Shown: positions 60,079 through 64,000 of the stretch, piece after piece
Layout of the letters: each line of letters starts with the position of its first letter
Numbering within the stretch: position 1 is the first letter of the stretch
NCBI GenBank assembly: GCA_965116925.1
Contig: OZ220744.1
Location: 2,656,001 to 2,720,000 of the forward strand
Direction of reading: 5' to 3'
Origin: Candidatus Poribacteria bacterium
GTDB lineage: Bacteria > Poribacteria > WGA-4E > PCPOR2b
DNA length: 64,000 bases
The notes under the pieces: generated by a model
What the model was told of the DNA's origin: nothing
Databases searched by the model: none
The model's input: only the letters and a program-made list of their open reading frames with translations
Position numbers and translations under genes: made by a program

Positions 60079-60933
60079 ATGCAAATCACAGGTCACACGA
60101 AAATCGTTGGCATTATCGGCGCCCCGATCGAACATAGCCGCTCTCCGCAGATACACAACGCAGCAATTGCCGCCCTCAGCTTGGATTATGTCTATGTACC
60201 CTTTCATGTTCAGCCTGACAATTTAGGCGCAGCGATTGAAGGGTTCAAGGCAGCCAATGTCGTCGGTATTAACGTAACGATTCCACACAAACAGAACGTC
60301 ATCCCGTACCTTGATGAGATATCAAGGGAAGCGACGCTCATCGGTGCTGTTAATACGTTGATTTTCAAAGATGGAGCAATTAGCGGCGAGAATACAGACG
60401 CCCCCGGTTTCTTACAAGCAATGCAGGAAGAGGAGCTTGATGTGCCTCAAGGGGGTTCGGCTGTCATCATTGGAGCGGGTGGGTCATCACGCGCAGTTGT
60501 TGTTGCCCTTGCCCTTGCTGGGGTACGGACGATTTGCATTACCAATCGTACCGTTTCAAGAGCGGTTGCGCTTGCCACGGATCTCTCAGAGAAAACAGAC
60601 GCATCAATCTACGGAATAGGGCTTGACGATCCCAAGCTACCAAACGCTGTGGGAACGAGTCAGTTAATTGTCAATACAGCATCTACGAGTATGGATATTT
60701 CGCATCCGCTGCTGATTGATCCTGAGTGGTTAGCACCACAATCCATCGTTTACGATATTGTCTACACCCCTCCCGAAACGCGCCTTCTACAAGCTGCGGC
60801 GGAGAAGGACTGTCACACAATCGGCGGCTTAGGTATGCTCGTCCATCAAGGAGCGATTGCTTTTGAGAGATGGACCGGCGTTAATCCGCCTGTCGAAACC
60901 ATGCGGCAAGCACTCCAAGGTGCATTCGATTAG
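60079..60933 (+). CDS. aroE: Shikimate dehydrogenase
   Basis: HSRSPQIHN, NVTIPHK, GAVNT, NTD, GAGGS, GLGMLVHQG. Confidence 0.96.
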   Translation: MQITGHTKIVGIIGAPIEHSRSPQIHNAAIAALSLDYVYVPFHVQPDNLGAAIEGFKAANVVGINVTIPHKQNVIPYLDEISREATLIGAVNTLIFKDGAISGENTDAPGFLQAMQEEELDVPQGGSAVIIGAGGSSRAVVVALALAGVRTICITNRTVSRAVALATDLSEKTDASIYGIGLDDPKLPNAVGTSQLIVNTASTSMDISHPLLIDPEWLAPQSIVYDIVYTPPETRLLQAAAEKDCHTIGGLGMLVHQGAIAFERWTGVNPPVETMRQALQGAFD

Positions 60934-60949
60934 AAGTGAGAGGTTAATT

Positions 60950-61294
60950 ATGAGTATCGAAAATTCTTTTTCTTCGGGAACCCCGACATCCGCGCCAATT
61001 AAGGTGGATATTTTTCATTCGCAGTATCTTATACAACCGACCGAGCATTTACCAGCGGAAGACATTCGTGAGTTGGCTGCCTACGTGGATGGGCGGCTGC
61101 ACGAAATGAGTCGAAAAACCTCGCGTGATAAGTTCGACATCGCGATCATGGTCGCATTACAAATTGCGGCGCAGATGTGTGAAGATCAGAAACGTTTCCA
61201 ACAATCGATCCATCGCATGATCGAGGAGCTTGAGAAAGCTGTAGAAGGTAAATCTGCCCCTGAATCAGACTCATCTACATCGCTATTCAGTTAG
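60950..61294 (+). CDS. zapA: Cell division protein ZapA
   Basis: VDIF..Y.I, LAAYVD.R, AIMVALQIA, C-terminal coiled coil. Confidence 0.8.
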   Translation: MSIENSFSSGTPTSAPIKVDIFHSQYLIQPTEHLPAEDIRELAAYVDGRLHEMSRKTSRDKFDIAIMVALQIAAQMCEDQKRFQQSIHRMIEELEKAVEGKSAPESDSSTSLFS

Positions 61295-61322
61295 AAATTC
61301 TCACACAGGTTTTTTCGATAAA

Positions 61323-62237
61323 TCACTCAATTTCGTAGATGACATTCACCGTGACCGTGATCTGGAGTTGACCAGATTGGATGGGGGTTTCCGCTGCTGC
61401 GTCGGCTGCGATAGCGAACGCAAGAGGTTGCGGTCCATAAAACCCACCTGATTCGGAGATAGAAATCGGTTTTCCAAGCGTGACCCCACCTTCAGTTGCT
61501 AACGTCTGTGCTTTTGCTTGTGCCTCCTGCATCGCCGCCACACGCGCCTGCATTTGTAATGTTGTAGGATCCTCAATCGTGAACTGAATTGCGTTAATCT
61601 CCACCAAGTCCCCGCCGGCTTCCGCTGCATCGTCAATCACATTCCCAACAGTGCCCAGATCACGGATCTTCGCAGAGACAGTATTTGTAACTCTATATCC
61701 CCGAAACTCGCGCTTACCTTTGCTATAGTCATACTGCTGGTGGATGCTGAAATGCTGGGTCTGAATGTCCGCATCAAGGAGACCGTTGCCTTTTAGCGAT
61801 TCGATTACCCCCGCCATCGCTTCAGCAGCTTCTGTCCGTGCCTGTTTCACGGAGTCCCTTTCCACCGAAACTCCGATACTCAGCACGACCACATCAGGGG
61901 CCCCTGCGACCATACCGGTGCCGGTCACCCGAACCGTCTTTTCTGTTTTCTCTCGGTTGATGACCTCTATGGTACGTTCTTCCGGTTCAACCGAAACCTG
62001 CACATCGTCCCCCAAGCTACCTGCGACTATCACCAAATCAAACAGGTTTATACTCCCATCCTGATTTACATCGCGTGGAGATGCAGCAAAATCAAGTCCC
62101 GCTTGAGTGTTTAGAAGCGGTGTCAATTCAGCAACGGTGAGTTCGGTATCTTCTTCCGGCTTAGTTCCCTCATCTGCAGCGCATCCAATTAACAATATGG
62201 TCAGACAGACGAGAGGATAAATAAATTTAACTTTCAT
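61323..62237 (-). CDS. Lipoprotein with single dockerin/EF-hand-like motif and SIMPL (DUF541) domain
   Basis: LIGC lipobox; DVNQDGSINLFDLVIVA; VTGTG.V..APD, DIQT, AKAQTLA..LGKPISISE. Confidence 0.85.
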   Translation of the reverse strand: MKVKFIYPLVCLTILLIGCAADEGTKPEEDTELTVAELTPLLNTQAGLDFAASPRDVNQDGSINLFDLVIVAGSLGDDVQVSVEPEERTIEVINREKTEKTVRVTGTGMVAGAPDVVVLSIGVSVERDSVKQARTEAAEAMAGVIESLKGNGLLDADIQTQHFSIHQQYDYSKGKREFRGYRVTNTVSAKIRDLGTVGNVIDDAAEAGGDLVEINAIQFTIEDPTTLQMQARVAAMQEAQAKAQTLATEGGVTLGKPISISESGGFYGPQPLAFAIAADAAAETPIQSGQLQITVTVNVIYEIE

Positions 62238-62290
62238 GGATAAAATCTCCTTACATAGTGAAGCGTGAAACGTGATACGTGATAAAATGA

Positions 62291-62475
62291 ACCGCCGAGA
62301 CGCAGAGTGCGCGGAGAAAACATGAAAATGAAATACCAACACCGTCGCGCGATAGTTCTAGGCTCATTGAGCCAAACACGATAGCGCAGTAGCCCGATAT
62401 TTGTGAAGGGGCGAAAGTAAGTAAATGCTTTTCCCACTTTCTTCTCTTCCTCTGTGTTCTCTGCGCCTCTGCGGT
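62291..62475. repeat. Imperfect 26-bp inverted repeat pair (ACCGCAGAGGCGCAGAG family)
   Basis: Arms 62291-62316 and 62450-62475; heptamer run at 62258-62284. Confidence 0.65.
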
Positions 62476-62500
62476 AAAAAATGAATAACAGATTTGGGTT

Positions 62501-64000
62501 TTACAGAAAGTAACGTTCCTTCTGCTTTGCGGTCTCATATTCCTCGTAAGCCTGCTGCACGGTGTCCACCTCAGAAACTTCAGCGATCGGCACATCCCAC
62601 CACGATTCGTAACTGGGGACACGCTTCTCGAAATCAACATCGACCTTGATTACCGTTGTGCGGTCGGATGCTTTCGCCGCTCCGAGTGCTGTTTTCAGGC
62701 TTGTTGCCGAATCCGCCTCAATAACGTGTGCGCCAAGGCTTGCGGCGTTCGCAACCAGATCCACCGGCAACACCCCACCGTCAAGTTGACCTGTGGCATC
62801 GTTACGATACAGGAATTTCGTTCCAAATCCCTGTGCGCCGGTCGCCTCGGAAAGCCCGCCGATGCTGCTGTGACCGTAGTTGTTCACTAACACAATGGTC
62901 AGTTTGTACCCTTCCTGAACCGCGGTCATAATCTCCTGTCCCATCAGCAGGTAAGAGCCGTCGCCGACCAGCACGTAGACCTCGCGGCTTGGGTCTGCCA
63001 TCTTGATCCCCAGGCCTCCTGCGACCTCGTAGCCCATACAGGAGTAGCCGAACTCCACATCATACCCCTTGGGGTCGCGAGTGCGCCACAGCTTCTGGAG
63101 ATCGCCCGGTAGACTGCCCGCCGCACCGATAAGCACATCCTTCGGATCTGAGAACTCGTTTACCACGCCAATCACTTCACCCTGACTAAGAATCTCGCTG
63201 TGATCTGGATGATAGATTCGGTCTACCTCAGCATCCCATTCCTCACGTAGTTTAGCGATTTGGGCGACGTAGTCCAAATTGACACGGTAGCCTTGAACGG
63301 CATCACCGAGTTCGTCAAGTGTTACACGCGCATCTGCGGTCAATGGTAATGCTGCGTGCTTGGCAGCGTCAAACTCTGCGACGTTGATGGTGACGAAGCG
63401 CACTTCTGGATGCTGAAATGCGGTCTTTGAGGCGGTTATGAAATCGCTCAGACGGGAGCCTGCTACAATGATGAGGTCCGCATCACGGGCGATAGTATTT
63501 GCACCGAGCGTGCCGGAGACACCCATCCCGCCCAAACATTGTGGGTGATCATAGCGGAGGGAGCCTTTGCCGGCAAATGTTTCAGCGACAGGGATGCCGG
63601 TCTGTTCAGCAAAGCGAGCGAGCGCGTCGGTTGCCTCGCTGTATTTTACACCGCCGCCTGCGATGATAAGCGGTTGTTTGCTGCTGCGGATCCATTCAGC
63701 AGCTTTTTTCAGCGCATTGATGTCGGCGCGTGGGCGTGGAATCGTCTGAACCCGCTTTTCAAATAGCGCGGACGGATAATCGTAGGCTTCGGCTTGCACA
63801 TCCTGCGGCAATGCCACTGTGACGACACCCGTTTCCGCCGGCGAGGTCAGCACACGCATCGCCTCCGGCAGCGCGGTGATAATCTGTTCCGGACGGTTGA
63901 TTCGATCCCAGTAGCGCGAGATGGGCTTGAAGCAGTCGTTCACCGAAATATCCTGCGAACTGGGTGATTCAAGTTGCTGTAGGACGGGACCGACGAGCCG
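62501..64000 (-). CDS. iolD: 3D-(3,5/4)-trihydroxycyclohexane-1,2-dione acylhydrolase (5' part outside window)
   Basis: SVNDCFKPISRYWDRI, LPQDVQ, AAGSLPGDL.KLW, EFGYSCMGYE, SWWDVP. Confidence 0.96.
   Translation of the reverse strand, partial: RLVGPVLQQLESPSSQDISVNDCFKPISRYWDRINRPEQIITALPEAMRVLTSPAETGVVTVALPQDVQAEAYDYPSALFEKRVQTIPRPRADINALKKAAEWIRSSKQPLIIAGGGVKYSEATDALARFAEQTGIPVAETFAGKGSLRYDHPQCLGGMGVSGTLGANTIARDADLIIVAGSRLSDFITASKTAFQHPEVRFVTINVAEFDAAKHAALPLTADARVTLDELGDAVQGYRVNLDYVAQIAKLREEWDAEVDRIYHPDHSEILSQGEVIGVVNEFSDPKDVLIGAAGSLPGDLQKLWRTRDPKGYDVEFGYSCMGYEVAGGLGIKMADPSREVYVLVGDGSYLLMGQEIMTAVQEGYKLTIVLVNNYGHSSIGGLSEATGAQGFGTKFLYRNDATGQLDGGVLPVDLVANAASLGAHVIEADSATSLKTALGAAKASDRTTVIKVDVDFEKRVPSYESWWDVPIAEVSEVDTVQQAYEEYETAKQKERYFL

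Noticed and set aside
61294..61323. 6S RNA expected downstream of zapA
   Set aside because: Only about 30 bp before the convergent gene; no room

Overview
Bacterial chromosomal window. Gene style (PhyH, BNR/sialidase, ThuA, CehA/McbA, dockerin-like and LRR/TPR proteins) and the dense intergenic repeats suggest Candidatus Poribacteria or a relative; this is an inference. Core genes: rpmG(3' end)-tRNA-Trp-secE-nusG-rplK-rplA-[IS982]-L10 leader-rplJ-rplL (not followed by rpoB), amidase-rsmA-coaBC, gmk-yicC-ferredoxin, a sugar/acid catabolism cluster, tyrS-surE-DUF368-nadK-recN-IOR-aroE-zapA, and partial iolD. Accessory and defence cassettes sit inside normally tight core gene pairs: coaBC/gmk (PIN toxin, frameshifted HEPN-like protein with antitoxin-like tail, type ISP-like RM enzyme, ABC/AAA ATPase plus nuclease), DUF368/nadK and nadK/recN. 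Main observations: (1) an ECF sigma-LRR fusion with an internal RBS and an ECF-type promoter; (2) a head-to-tail 'nadK start | DUF368 end' junction stacking two alternative fillings of one intergenic site; (3) at least three families of inverted-repeat wrappers carrying different REP-like cargo; (4) an L10 with four predicted L12-dimer binding segments; (5) an orphan structured RNA resembling a c-di-AMP riboswitch; (6) several antitoxin-like genes whose toxins are deleted or absent. All family assignments are from motif recognition by eye, not database searches.
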